The translations under genes and the position numbers were made by a program. Shown here one piece after another: positions 26,657-36,571 of a stretch of DNA of 64,000 bases. Below the pieces are notes generated by a model. That model was not told where the DNA came from and did no database searches. It saw only the letters and a list, made by a program, of their open reading frames with translations. The number at the start of each line of letters is the position of its first letter. The first letter of the stretch is position 1. Source of the stretch: Chlorobiota bacterium (GTDB lineage Bacteria; Bacteroidota; Ignavibacteria; Kapaibacteriales; NICIL-2); NCBI GenBank assembly GCA_044228685.1, contig JBGAUL010000002.1, positions 206,218 through 270,217 on the forward strand, written 5' to 3'.

Positions 26657-27657
26657 TGGCGTCCTCCTGCTATTTTTTTACGGGCCACACTCCACACTAA
26701 GACTCGCGCCAAGGTGTTTACAACAAAAGTTGTAATGAGCAAGACCAAGCCTATTTCAATCAATGCGCTGGTATAGGTTTCGCTGGTTGCTTCCGTGAAT
26801 TCATTTGCAATCACCGATGCCATGGTATAACCGGGTTGGAAGACGCTGGCACTGATTTGCGGTGAATTACCAATCACGAGAGTTACCGCCATGGTTTCGC
26901 CAAGTGCACGACCAAGACCCAAGATGATGGCGCCTAAAATCCCCCAGCGAGCATTGGCCAAAACGATTTTGATGGATTCCCACTTGGTTGAACCAAGGGC
27001 AAGTGCAGCCTCGCGTTGCGACATTGGAATCGCCAACATCACATCACGCGAAATGCTGGTGATGATGGGAAGAATCATGACTACCAAGATGCACGCAGCA
27101 CTAAACATGCTGGGACCAATAGCCGGTCCGCGTAGAAAGGGAATCGCATCTCCAAACTTCTCAGAAAGCGGCACTGCTACATGCAATTGGAGAAAGGGTA
27201 CCATTACGAATATGCCCCATACACCATAGACGATGCTTGGGATAGCTGCCAGTGTCTCGACAAGGAAGGAAAGAATGGTGCGCAGTGTTTGTCCTGATAC
27301 TTCCACCAGAAAAACCGCAATACCAAGACTCAGAGGAAGCGCAAACGCTAGACCGAGAAGCGATGAAGCAAGTGTTCCGTAAATGAATGTTGCCGCACCG
27401 TATTGTTCGTTAACCGGATCCCATGTCTTCGATGTAAGAAAGCTCAGACCAAACTTGGCGATGGTCAGCTGAGATGCCGATACCAACTGCCAAATTAGTC
27501 CGCCGATAATGGACAAAATCAAGAGCGCCGCAGATGCACACAGAACAAAGAAAATTCCGTCACCGATTTGCGTTTGGGCACGCGATACGATAGAACGGAT
27601 TTCTGTAGTGCGACCCTGCAGCGACGCTGTCCCTGACATCGCATTGGGTGTTTCCAT
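26653..27657 (-). CDS. pstC: Phosphate ABC transporter permease PstC
   Basis: Polytopic permease with the EAA loop (QREAALALGSTKWE). First gene of the pstCAB-phoU unit. Confidence 0.9.
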   Translation of the reverse strand: METPNAMSGTASLQGRTTEIRSIVSRAQTQIGDGIFFVLCASAALLILSIIGGLIWQLVSASQLTIAKFGLSFLTSKTWDPVNEQYGAATFIYGTLASSLLGLAFALPLSLGIAVFLVEVSGQTLRTILSFLVETLAAIPSIVYGVWGIFVMVPFLQLHVAVPLSEKFGDAIPFLRGPAIGPSMFSAACILVVMILPIITSISRDVMLAIPMSQREAALALGSTKWESIKIVLANARWGILGAIILGLGRALGETMAVTLVIGNSPQISASVFQPGYTMASVIANEFTEATSETYTSALIEIGLVLLITTFVVNTLARVLVWSVARKKIAGGRQ

Positions 27658-27960
27658 GTCTGCAATTTACTGAATGTTAAGCCACTGCTTATGATGGATC
27701 GAGGTTGTAATCAAATCGTAACGACTTGATGAACTCCATGTGTGTAATCTGCTTAGATGACACCACAAGTTTATATAACTAATGAACTTAGGTCGATTCC
27801 ATGCTCGTGCTAAGCCTGAAATTTGATAGCCGACAATTTTTTGACATCTCTTTGACCGGGTCCTGAATAGGATGCTTGGCTAGGGACGTAGATTTGTACC
27901 GTAGTCATCGAGCCGATACGGCGCGCAAGAATGTTCAACAACTGAAGTGCAAAAAGACTT

Positions 27961-28644
27961 ATGAGTAACATCCTGATTATTGAAGACGATCCGGCCATTC
28001 TCATGGGTCTTGAGGATGCCTTGCGCGAGGAATTGTTCCAAGTGAGCGTAGAAACTGATGGTTCGCGCGGTTATGAGGCGGCCCTGAAGGACAAGAGCGA
28101 TTGCATCATTCTGGATCTCATGCTGCCGTCGATGAACGGACGTGATATCTGTCGTCGTTTACGCAGCGACGGGATTAACACCCCCATCATCATGCTCACC
28201 AGCAAAGGCGAAGAGAGTGATAAAGTGCTGGGTCTGGAACTCGGTGCCGACGACTACGTCACAAAACCTTTTAGCGTGCGTGAACTGATTGCACGCATCA
28301 AAGCGCAATTGCGTCGGACCTCGAGCGGCACTGAGAATGAGATTCATAGTCTGGACTTTGGTCAGGTGCACATCGATTTCGAGCGACAAGAAGTGCGCGT
28401 GGATTCATCCGATGTGAAACTCTCTGCCAAAGAACTCGAAGTCATGAAATACTTCGCACGTCATGAAGGCAAAGTCGTGACTCGAGATATGCTGCTCGAC
28501 GACGTGTGGGGTTATGAGAACTTCCCCACAACCCGCACCGTCGACAACTACATTCTTATGCTGCGCAAAAAGCTGGAGCAAAATCCATCAGAGCCTCGGC
28601 ATATTATTACGCTCCATACTCAAGGCTATAAGTTTGTTCGATAA
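27961..28644 (+). CDS. OmpR/PhoB-family DNA-binding response regulator (no adjacent kinase)
   Basis: REC (ILIIEDDPAI, DCIILDLMLPSMNG, TKPF) plus a winged-helix output domain (LSAKELEVMKYFARH...TRTVDNYILMLRKKLE...GYKF). Divergent from pstC. Confidence 0.85.
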   Translation: MSNILIIEDDPAILMGLEDALREELFQVSVETDGSRGYEAALKDKSDCIILDLMLPSMNGRDICRRLRSDGINTPIIMLTSKGEESDKVLGLELGADDYVTKPFSVRELIARIKAQLRRTSSGTENEIHSLDFGQVHIDFERQEVRVDSSDVKLSAKELEVMKYFARHEGKVVTRDMLLDDVWGYENFPTTRTVDNYILMLRKKLEQNPSEPRHIITLHTQGYKFVR

Positions 28645-28705
28645 TGGAGCTCAAGCAACCTGACACTCACAAGCGAGATGCTACCGTTCGACTCTGCTTA
28701 ATGAG

Positions 28706-29920
28706 TTAGTGAACTATCAGAACCAGTTTTTGCAAAGTGGACTTAGGTGTTCCGCACTTTAGGGTGTACAATCCTGATGGGAGATGTGAAACGTTTAGCT
28801 CAATGCTGCTTCCATCACACTGAGGTTTATTTACTCCGACTGACTGCACAACGTGTCCCATCAAATCACTCAACTCGATCGTTGTCTCAACTCCGGATTT
28901 CTCTAGCTCTACTGTCAAAAAATCCGTGCAAGGATTAGGGTGGACTTGCAGATTGTCGAGTTGCGACTGATCGTTGATACCTGAGGCAGTAACGTGAGCT
29001 AGTGCGGCAATCTCTGCTAAGGGTCTTGTTAAAACGAAACCGGCATCTGTTCCCAGAAACGCATTTGATCCCTTTACGATTCCACTGAGTGTGAATTGAT
29101 AGTATGGATTAGCTTCCAGACCTTGTCCAACATTTACCCAATGCAATCCGTTGTCTGCACTAGCGTAAACGCCATTACTTATGGCAATGACTAAGCTGTC
29201 CAGAACAACGACTTGAGCTCCGCTTTTTAGATGTCCGTCATTCGCCCCAACATTTGTCCAGTTCTTAGCATCAGTTGAACGAAGAAGCGTCCCGCCTTCA
29301 GTATAGATGTTCGACTCGTTGCCACGGAATGCCGTAATGTAGGTTTGAGCTCCCGTGTTTGCTTGCAGGATCCAGTTTTCCGCGTTGTCAGTGGATTTGT
29401 AAATGCCACCATCTTTCGTTGCACAATAGAGAACACTAGCTACTAGACTCACGCCATTCACTTTCTTTGAATCTAAGCCTGAAACTTTGCCTTTCCAGTT
29501 TTGACCTTTGTCATCAGAGCGGAGAATCGATCCATCACTTATAACAAAAACAGAATTCGCGGTTACACAAGAAAGAATGACGACACTGCCACTTGGCGTG
29601 ACATTCTTCCAATTTTTCATGTCAGAAGTGTAGAAGATCCCATCGTGCATAGCCACATATCGGTCAGTACCGTTGCTAACAAAACCATAGGCATCAATAT
29701 TCGTTGTAGGAATATTTACCGTGTTCCATGTGCTTCCTTCATCGTTGGAAACCAGTAGTCCAGCATTGGTGACTACATATAACTTGTCGCCCTCAACACA
29801 AAAACTCCCGTCACTCCCCATCGAATTCGAAGCAAGTTTCCACTGAGATTGAAGTTGACTAATCGAAGTCAGCATGCCGATACAGCAAATGCAGAGAAAT
29901 ACATGTGTAGATATTTTCAT
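28706..29920 (-). CDS. Secreted BNR/Asp-box beta-propeller protein with T9SS C-terminal sorting domain
   Basis: Signal peptide ...SQLQS|Q. Repeated SxDxGxxW boxes (SNDEGSTW, SDDKGQNW, STDNAENW, STDAKNW, SADNGLHW). CTD-like end (LQVHPNPCTDFLTVEL...LPSGLYTLKCG...LVLIVH). Confidence 0.7.
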   Translation of the reverse strand: MKISTHVFLCICCIGMLTSISQLQSQWKLASNSMGSDGSFCVEGDKLYVVTNAGLLVSNDEGSTWNTVNIPTTNIDAYGFVSNGTDRYVAMHDGIFYTSDMKNWKNVTPSGSVVILSCVTANSVFVISDGSILRSDDKGQNWKGKVSGLDSKKVNGVSLVASVLYCATKDGGIYKSTDNAENWILQANTGAQTYITAFRGNESNIYTEGGTLLRSTDAKNWTNVGANDGHLKSGAQVVVLDSLVIAISNGVYASADNGLHWVNVGQGLEANPYYQFTLSGIVKGSNAFLGTDAGFVLTRPLAEIAALAHVTASGINDQSQLDNLQVHPNPCTDFLTVELEKSGVETTIELSDLMGHVVQSVGVNKPQCDGSSIELNVSHLPSGLYTLKCGTPKSTLQKLVLIVH

Positions 29921-30079
29921 AACGAAGAACAGTGTGTGAAACAGAAGCGAATAGCATCATGTGCTTCACAAAAATCTCTGCTGCGGGTGGCGACCCTCTG
30001 GAAAAATAAAGGCGGTTTTAGAACGAGGTGGGAATTGACTACTGTAAAGATGAGAGGCTCATCTCAATACTGTACTCAT

Positions 30080-30739
30080 TCACTTTGACTGCGGGAGTAG
30101 ATACTGACACAATGCCAAGGGCGAGTCTGCAATGGCGCGTGCTCCATGCTCTGACAACTCTTCAATGGATCCATAACCATAGCTCACACCGATGGCCGCC
30201 ATGCCGTGTCGCGCTGCTCCAAGCAGATCGTGTTTGCGATCGCCAATCATGACGCATGTCTGAGGTGCAAGTGTGTGCGTTTCTAGTATCGCAGCAATGA
30301 CTTCTGCTTTGTCTGTTCTGCTGTTGTCAAGATTACTCCCAACGATGTCTTTGAAATATCCTGCTAAGGCGAAGTGTTCTATTATTTGTTGAGAATAGAC
30401 GGTCGGTTTCGATGTTGCTACAAACAACTGCCGATCGGCGGAGCGTAGCTGCATCAACAACTCTTCAATTCCATCATAGACTCGATTTTCGAACAGACCA
30501 CGTTCGGCGAAATACTCCCGATAGAATGCTACTGCCTTGGTGGCATCATCATGACTAAGCGAATAGCGTAGCGCGAATGAGTCTCGCAATGGCGGACCAA
30601 CAAACAACTCCAACTCCTCAGGTCTTAACTCTTCAATTCCCATTCGATCAAGGGCATAGAGTATTGAGCGGACAATCCCCTCACGCGGATCCGTCAAAGT
30701 CCCGTCTAAGTCAAAAAATATGTTCCTTGCATTCGTCAT
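30080..30739 (-). CDS. HAD-superfamily hydrolase (phosphoglycolate phosphatase-like subfamily IA)
   Basis: Motif I FFDLDGTLTD, motif II VATSK, motif IV MIGDRKHD. 219 aa. Confidence 0.75.
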   Translation of the reverse strand: MTNARNIFFDLDGTLTDPREGIVRSILYALDRMGIEELRPEELELFVGPPLRDSFALRYSLSHDDATKAVAFYREYFAERGLFENRVYDGIEELLMQLRSADRQLFVATSKPTVYSQQIIEHFALAGYFKDIVGSNLDNSRTDKAEVIAAILETHTLAPQTCVMIGDRKHDLLGAARHGMAAIGVSYGYGSIEELSEHGARAIADSPLALCQYLLPQSK

Positions 30740-31141
30740 AACTCTCGAGAAAAATCACCGGATCAGCACTCAGCAAACTACGCTCTTGAATCAATTAAAA
30801 CTCAGTTTCGCGAACTATGTGGCGCATAGCTGCGTCAATCACGCACGCTTTGCTGATGAAGATGTGCTGCGCGTTGATTGACAAATCCAGAATGACGAAA
30901 AAATTGAAACATGGACTTAGCATTGTTAGGCATGGTAGCTATACAATGAATTGACATCCCTGAAGACTAGTATTGATGCGGTGTTCAGGACATTGCAGAA
31001 AATTCTGTCCAATAATTTCTGAAAATTCTTGAGTCAAGAAAGTACTGATTTATACAACGCTCGTTAACAAAGATATAACGCAACGCTGCCGCAGACTTCA
31101 CGTTGATTGCCCTCTGTTGTTGAACCAATCACTGATGAATC

Positions 31142-34096
31142 ATGAACTCTGTGCGACTCTTTGCGCGTACCCTTACGCGAACTTCTTTGCAACGAATCTT
31201 TGTTGCTTTAATCTGTACTGTGTTGTCACTGAGCGCTGCTCGAGCGCAAACGCCGTTGGATTTGCCGGATGGTGAACCAATCGTCTCAATATGCACTTAC
31301 AGTGCTCCGGCTGACATACGAATAACAGCTACAAAGACAACCGTGTATATCGCCACTTTGACGAATAAGGTTTGGTCACACAACGAGAATATTTATACCG
31401 CTCCCTTCGGACGTCGCATTGTCGATGCTGCAATGAGAGCGGACGAGGCAACTGCTCTTCGCAGCTACGTTGCTTTGCTCGATGACGGCACTATTGTTCA
31501 GTTGTCAATCAACGCACAAACTCTTTCGCTCGACGGAACTCCAACCATTATTACATCGCCGGCTAATCCTCAGACGAATCTTCAGAATGGTCAAGTTCCG
31601 GAGTACAAGAAGATTCTCTGGGACAGCGATCTGATTGTGCAGCTCGGAACAGTGCTCTATTCACGAGCTATTGTAGCATCGTCATGGAGACTCGATTCAG
31701 TCGGCTTGGGTAAAGCTTTTGTACAGGATGTGCAAAGTGATAATGCAGGCAACATTCTAGCTGCTACCGGACTCGGACTCTTCCGTCGCGCTCGTGGTCA
31801 AAGCATGTGGGCACGTCTTAGTGGTTATGAAAATCAAAGCGGTGCAAATCTTGTGTATGTCACACGCAATGCACAGCGCATTTACGTTGCGACTACAACA
31901 GCGATCTTTTCTTCGGACAATAACGGTCTGAGTTTCACACCCGACAGTGCCGGACTCCAGCAGGCCGTCATTTTGCGCTTTGCAGAAGATGCAAATGGTG
32001 TCGTGTATGCAGTAGGCAATCTCACCGATCGTTCATCACAGCTCTTTCGTCGCGCCGTCGGCGCTAAAGCCTGGAAGCGCTTTGATGCTTCTTTCAACAC
32101 AGCAACTCAATCGACGCTGCGAGTCTTTGACATTGCGGGCGAACATAGTCTTGAGTGCGCTACTGCCGCAGGATGCTTTAGTTCAACCGATACCGGCGAC
32201 TCATGGCTCTACAGCACCAGCGGTATTCAGGCAGAAGATGTGTATGCAATGCAGCTCTTTCCCAATAGCGTGAGAGTAGTGAGCACTGCTGTTGCGATCT
32301 ACAGAAAGCAAGGCAATTGGTCAAAGGTATTTCCAACCACTGGCTTTTCAGGCGCGCGTCCGTTGCTGCGTTCAGGTGGTGCAACACCGACGCTCATCAC
32401 GCAGCTTGGTGTCAATCAAAACAACCCTGCAGCACAGGCGGATATTTATGTGAGTCACGATCAAGGTCAGACTTGGACGCTCGACACTAATGGACTCAGC
32501 GCAGTTCCCGCTGGTTCCGGCTTCGGCGGTTCAGTTTTGGAATGTGACCGGAATGGTAAACAATACGTCATCACCCAAGGCACTCAGGGCGTGCCGCTGC
32601 ATGTGTACTCGCAGCCGTGGAGCATGGACACCAACGGACTAGAACTTCCCGAAGGTCAAGCCGGAACTCAGTTTGGTATTGGATTGTTCTCAGATATTCA
32701 CAACACCATGTATTTAAGCGGAGGTGTGTTTACCACATTTCAGTTTATTCTTCAACGCAGCTTCTTCTACCGTCGCAGTGCCGGTTCAACACAGTGGCAA
32801 GCAGATACAAATGGATTCAACGGATTGCCGGTCAGTGCTTTAACCAGCAATGAACAGGATGTAGTGGTTGGAACGATCGTCGGCTATAACGGCTCATCGT
32901 CGCTGTACAGACGTAACGGAAACGCATGGCAATCCATCCCGGTTCCTGCTTCTGCTGTTTCAGATATTAGTCAATTGTGTTTTGATTCTACGAAGACACT
33001 TTGGGCTTCTGTTGGTAGTCTGCTTAACAACAATGGTTTTCAGCGTGGAGTGTATGCAACGACTGACATGGGACAGCACTGGGACTACGCGGGACTTGAC
33101 GGATACGTGGTTCGTCAGGTAGTTGCAAACAAAGAAGCTGTTTATGCCGTGACCAATCACGGTGTTTTCGAACTCACACGACAACCATATCGTCCTTCAG
33201 TGGCGCAATTCAACAAACATCAAATTGATTTCGGTACGGTGCAATTAGGTCAGTCGCGTGACACAACAGTGTTGCTCAGCAATACAGGTAACGATACTCT
33301 GCGCATAGCTTTTGTACGCACGAACAGTCAGAACTTCGCTGTAAGTCCTGCAAACTTCAATGTTGCTCCGGGAGCATCACAAGCAGTGACTATTCACTTC
33401 GAACCGGTGCAGAGCGGACAACTGAGTGCACGTGCTCAAACTGTGGGAAGCACATTGCCGGACACGATTGCATTGACCGGCAGTGGTCGCGCAGCCGATG
33501 CACACATCGTGTTGCTGAGCAAGTTTGTCATCTTTGGTATTGTTGACATTGGTACAACCAAAGACACCGTTGTTCAAATCAGAAATCAAGGAAGCGAAGA
33601 TCTGATCATCAGTTCTATTCAAAGCAGCAATCCGGTGTTCAGTGCCGATCCGGTTCCACTGACTATCGCCCCGGGTGCTTCTTCAGATTTGAATTTGCAT
33701 TACAGTCCGAAAACCAAAGACAACGTGAATGGCGTCATCAAGCTCATCGCCAACACCCTTCCCGATTCAATCCGTGTGCTCGGAGTTGGAAACATTGTCT
33801 CAGTTGAAGACGAAGACAGCGATAAAGCAAAGTCGCTGGGTTATTCCATTCAACCAAACCCAACAACTCTCGACAAAGCAATGATCCGCTTAGAACTCCG
33901 CAACAGTGGCAAACTCAGCATCCGTGTATCTGATGAACGTGGATTGGATCTTGGTCAACGCTTTGAAACAAGCGTCGAAGCAGGCACCTTCGAGCTTCCG
34001 CTCAGCACATTAGTCACTGAGCCAACAACCGGCGTCGTGCTTGTTCACGTTCGAAGTGCTCAAGGTGTTGGTACGATCAAGTGTATTCTGCAGTAG
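31142..34096 (+). CDS. Large (984 aa) secreted protein: BNR/sortilin-like propeller repeats, two Ig-like ASH-type modules, T9SS-like C-terminal domain
   Basis: Signal ...SAARA|QT. Asp-boxes (SSDNNGLSF, STDTGDSW, SHDQGQTW, TTDMGQHW). Ig-like modules (IDFGTVQLGQSRDTTVLLSNTGNDTLRI; FGIVDIGTTKDTVVQIRNQGSEDLII). C-terminal IQPNPTT...VLVHVRS...IKCILQ. Confidence 0.7.
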   Translation: MNSVRLFARTLTRTSLQRIFVALICTVLSLSAARAQTPLDLPDGEPIVSICTYSAPADIRITATKTTVYIATLTNKVWSHNENIYTAPFGRRIVDAAMRADEATALRSYVALLDDGTIVQLSINAQTLSLDGTPTIITSPANPQTNLQNGQVPEYKKILWDSDLIVQLGTVLYSRAIVASSWRLDSVGLGKAFVQDVQSDNAGNILAATGLGLFRRARGQSMWARLSGYENQSGANLVYVTRNAQRIYVATTTAIFSSDNNGLSFTPDSAGLQQAVILRFAEDANGVVYAVGNLTDRSSQLFRRAVGAKAWKRFDASFNTATQSTLRVFDIAGEHSLECATAAGCFSSTDTGDSWLYSTSGIQAEDVYAMQLFPNSVRVVSTAVAIYRKQGNWSKVFPTTGFSGARPLLRSGGATPTLITQLGVNQNNPAAQADIYVSHDQGQTWTLDTNGLSAVPAGSGFGGSVLECDRNGKQYVITQGTQGVPLHVYSQPWSMDTNGLELPEGQAGTQFGIGLFSDIHNTMYLSGGVFTTFQFILQRSFFYRRSAGSTQWQADTNGFNGLPVSALTSNEQDVVVGTIVGYNGSSSLYRRNGNAWQSIPVPASAVSDISQLCFDSTKTLWASVGSLLNNNGFQRGVYATTDMGQHWDYAGLDGYVVRQVVANKEAVYAVTNHGVFELTRQPYRPSVAQFNKHQIDFGTVQLGQSRDTTVLLSNTGNDTLRIAFVRTNSQNFAVSPANFNVAPGASQAVTIHFEPVQSGQLSARAQTVGSTLPDTIALTGSGRAADAHIVLLSKFVIFGIVDIGTTKDTVVQIRNQGSEDLIISSIQSSNPVFSADPVPLTIAPGASSDLNLHYSPKTKDNVNGVIKLIANTLPDSIRVLGVGNIVSVEDEDSDKAKSLGYSIQPNPTTLDKAMIRLELRNSGKLSIRVSDERGLDLGQRFETSVEAGTFELPLSTLVTEPTTGVVLVHVRSAQGVGTIKCILQ

Positions 34097-34132
34097 AGTA
34101 TTAGCGGATTGCGATAACTCAATTAAAAAGCA

Positions 34133-34161
34133 AACGGCTCAGTGTAATCAACTGAGCCGTT
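34133..34161. terminator. Hairpin between convergent genes (possible bidirectional terminator)
   Basis: AACGGCTCAGT (34133-34143), loop GTAATCA, ACTGAGCCGTT (34151-34161): a perfect 11-bp stem. There is an A-rich 5' flank and only a weakly T-rich 3' flank. Confidence 0.4.
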
Positions 34162-34266
34162 GCTGTTTGCATAATAAAGAATGTACTGTTAATCGCGCTG
34201 TGAGGATCTGACTGTGCAGTAGTGTTCGAGTCACAAATCACTCACTGCCGAGCGCAGTTAAATGTA

Positions 34267-34689
34267 TTAGCCTTCGGTCTTGCGCCACAAAGCCAGGATA
34301 ATTCCACTGACTGTATAGCCCAGCGTAAACTGACCTCCATTGATCCAGCTCAAGGCATAGGGATGGTAGGAGAAAAGATTTACGCTCATCAGAGGCATGA
34401 TGGTAAAGGCGAAGCCGATCGACAGTCCGAGAAGAGCACCGCGCATAGCCGAGGTGACATTCAGGTTGACAAAGAGTCGGGCTAGCATATAAACACCAAT
34501 CAAAGCGCCAACGAAACCACAGATGTATGCCGATGTGGCTCCGTCTTGATGCGACATGACAAACTCATCTGTCAGGTTGTTCAGACTCATCCAGCTCTGA
34601 CGGAAAATGAAACCATACCAAATCATCGGAATGATCTGCATGAGAATGGTACAAACAACAATGGCAATCCAATTAATACGAAGCTTCAT
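34267..34689 (-). CDS. DUF1761-like small integral membrane protein
   Basis: 140 aa with four hydrophobic helices. The N-terminus (INWIAIVVCTILMQIIPMIWYGFIFRQSWM) resembles DUF1761. Confidence 0.45.
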   Translation of the reverse strand: MKLRINWIAIVVCTILMQIIPMIWYGFIFRQSWMSLNNLTDEFVMSHQDGATSAYICGFVGALIGVYMLARLFVNLNVTSAMRGALLGLSIGFAFTIMPLMSVNLFSYHPYALSWINGGQFTLGYTVSGIILALWRKTEG

Positions 34690-34785
34690 AGAATCCCCTA
34701 ATGGTTAGAATGAATGCACTGTTTCATTGCTAAGTTAGCGACGAATCTAAGAGTAAATCAAACAGAAAATCCTTCTAAGACCTTT

Positions 34786-35151
34786 ATGTCCAAATACATA
34801 CAACAACCTACGCGCATCCAGGCTGCGGGCAATAAACCCAAGGAAATCGAGGAGTTCATTGGCTTCGTGAACAGTGGCAACACCGATCTCAGCATTGCGC
34901 GGATGAAGAGTCCGCAGGGCTGGGCAGAACCGGGTCAACGACCTGAATTCGACGAATTTTCCATCGTTTTGCGTGGAACTCTCTGTATTCGAACCAAGGA
35001 TGGAGTCTTTGAAATCAAAGAATCTCAAGCATTTCACGCTCAAGCCGGCGAGTGGCTGCAGTACAGCACTCCCTACGAGGGTGGAGCAGAGTATATCGCG
35101 GTCTGCAAACCCGCCTTTTCCCCCGACTCGGTTAACAGAGATAGTGACTGA
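34786..35151 (+). CDS. Cupin-fold protein (start taken at MSKY; the ORF is open from 34714)
   Basis: 121 aa. The beta-rich core (EFSIVLRGTLCIRTKDGVFEIKESQAFHAQAGEWLQYSTP) is typical of small monocupins. Confidence 0.5.
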   Translation: MSKYIQQPTRIQAAGNKPKEIEEFIGFVNSGNTDLSIARMKSPQGWAEPGQRPEFDEFSIVLRGTLCIRTKDGVFEIKESQAFHAQAGEWLQYSTPYEGGAEYIAVCKPAFSPDSVNRDSD

Positions 35152-35201
35152 TTGTGCATATTGCGAAGTGCCAGTACACTTGATTAACACAGGACAACTA
35201 C

Positions 35202-36398
35202 ATGACGGATATTTTTCAGAAGTGCAGAGAGTTTACACGAGCAGATGAAGTAAAGGCAGCAGGATTATATCCTTACTTCCGACCAATTCAGGAAAACGAG
35301 GGACCGGTCGTACAAATCGAAGGACGTAAGATCGTCATGGCAGGATCGAACAATTATCTCGGTCTTACCGCCCATCCTGAAGTAAAAGCAGCGGCCATTC
35401 GCGCCATCGAGAAGTACGGAACGGGTTGCAGTGGTTCACGCTATCTGACCGGTACCATTGAGCTTCACATCGAGTTGGAACGTCGCTTAGCTGCGTTTTT
35501 AGGCTATGAATCCGTTCTTCTCTTTTCAACCGGATACCAAACCGCATTGGGTGTGATTTCGTCGCTTGTAAGTAAGGGTGATTACGTCATCAGCGACAAG
35601 GAAAACCACGCTTGTATTATTAACGGATGTGTGCTCGCCAAGGGCGGCTTTGCCGAGTTTGTGCGCTACAAACACAACGACATCGAAGACCTCGAGAAGG
35701 TCTTAAAACGTATCCCGGAAAGCGCTGCAAAGCTCATCGTTACTGACGGTGTGTTTTCGGTCAGTGGCGAACTTGTTCACCTTCCGGAACTTCTTGACGT
35801 AGCCGAGAAATACGGCGCGCGTGTGATGGTTGATGATGCACACGCAACAGGTGTTGTGGGTGTTGGTGGACGTGGAACAGCAAGTCGTTATGGCGTTGTT
35901 GATCGCACTGACATGACGATGGGTACCTTCTCAAAGACCTTTGCTTCGCTTGGTGGTTTTGTTGCCGGACCCGAACGCGTCATCAACTACGTCAAGCACC
36001 ACTCTCCTGCTTTGATTTTCTCAGCAAGTCCGACCCCGGCTTCCGTCGCTGCAGCCATCGCTGCACTCGATATTCTCGAAGCACATCCGGAATTGGTTGA
36101 CCAACTCATCAGCAACGCAGATTACATGCGTCGTGGATTCAAAGAGCTTGGCTTCAATGTGTATGAGAGTCCAACCGGTATCGTTCCCGTCATCGTCGGT
36201 GACGCTGAGAAGGCAATGGTCTTCTGGCGCAAACTCTATGATGCCGGCGTTTTCGTCAATGCATTCGTGCCACCGGGCGTTCCTCCGAATATGAGCATGA
36301 TGCGCACCAGTTATATGGCTAGTCATGAAAAAGAACATCTCGACTATATTCTTGATGTGTTCAAGAACGTCGGTCGAGAATTAGGATTCATCGCCTAA
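35202..36398 (+). CDS. PLP-dependent alpha-oxoamine synthase (8-amino-7-oxononanoate synthase / serine palmitoyltransferase-like)
   Basis: The N-terminal LYPYFRPI...[13 protein letters not shown], then [20 protein letters not shown] and the PLP lysine context [12 protein letters not shown] are hallmarks of the AOS family (BioF/Kbl/Spt). Confidence 0.85.
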   Translation: MTDIFQKCREFTRADEVKAAGLYPYFRPIQENEGPVVQIEGRKIVMAGSNNYLGLTAHPEVKAAAIRAIEKYGTGCSGSRYLTGTIELHIELERRLAAFLGYESVLLFSTGYQTALGVISSLVSKGDYVISDKENHACIINGCVLAKGGFAEFVRYKHNDIEDLEKVLKRIPESAAKLIVTDGVFSVSGELVHLPELLDVAEKYGARVMVDDAHATGVVGVGGRGTASRYGVVDRTDMTMGTFSKTFASLGGFVAGPERVINYVKHHSPALIFSASPTPASVAAAIAALDILEAHPELVDQLISNADYMRRGFKELGFNVYESPTGIVPVIVGDAEKAMVFWRKLYDAGVFVNAFVPPGVPPNMSMMRTSYMASHEKEHLDYILDVFKNVGRELGFIA

Positions 36399-36476
36399 GA
36401 ATCCGATTTGGCCTTCAGAAAGCCGCAAGACCTACATCCTACTCTGCCCCGGGCTGTACATTTATTATTGTTTTTT

Positions 36477-36511
36477 AAGGCGTGATCTGAAACAGACTCA
36501 CGCCTTTCTTT
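36477..36511 (+). terminator. Probable rho-independent terminator after the alpha-oxoamine synthase gene
   Basis: AAGGCGTGA (36477-36485) pairs with TCACGCCTT (36498-36506) and is followed by TCTTT. Confidence 0.45.
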
Positions 36512-36571
36512 GTCATTCAGCCAGGCATCATCGTTGGCAAACATATAGTCAATCAACTATCAGGATCATTC

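Noticed and set aside
27502-27509. Additional GCCGATAA 8-mers (27502-27509 within pstC and 16969-16976 within the DUF6438-like gene)
   Set aside because: Both are intragenic, on the strand opposite to the gene, and lack a TAAA element 15 nt upstream. They serve as a reminder that the 8-mer alone occurs by chance about twice in 64 kb.
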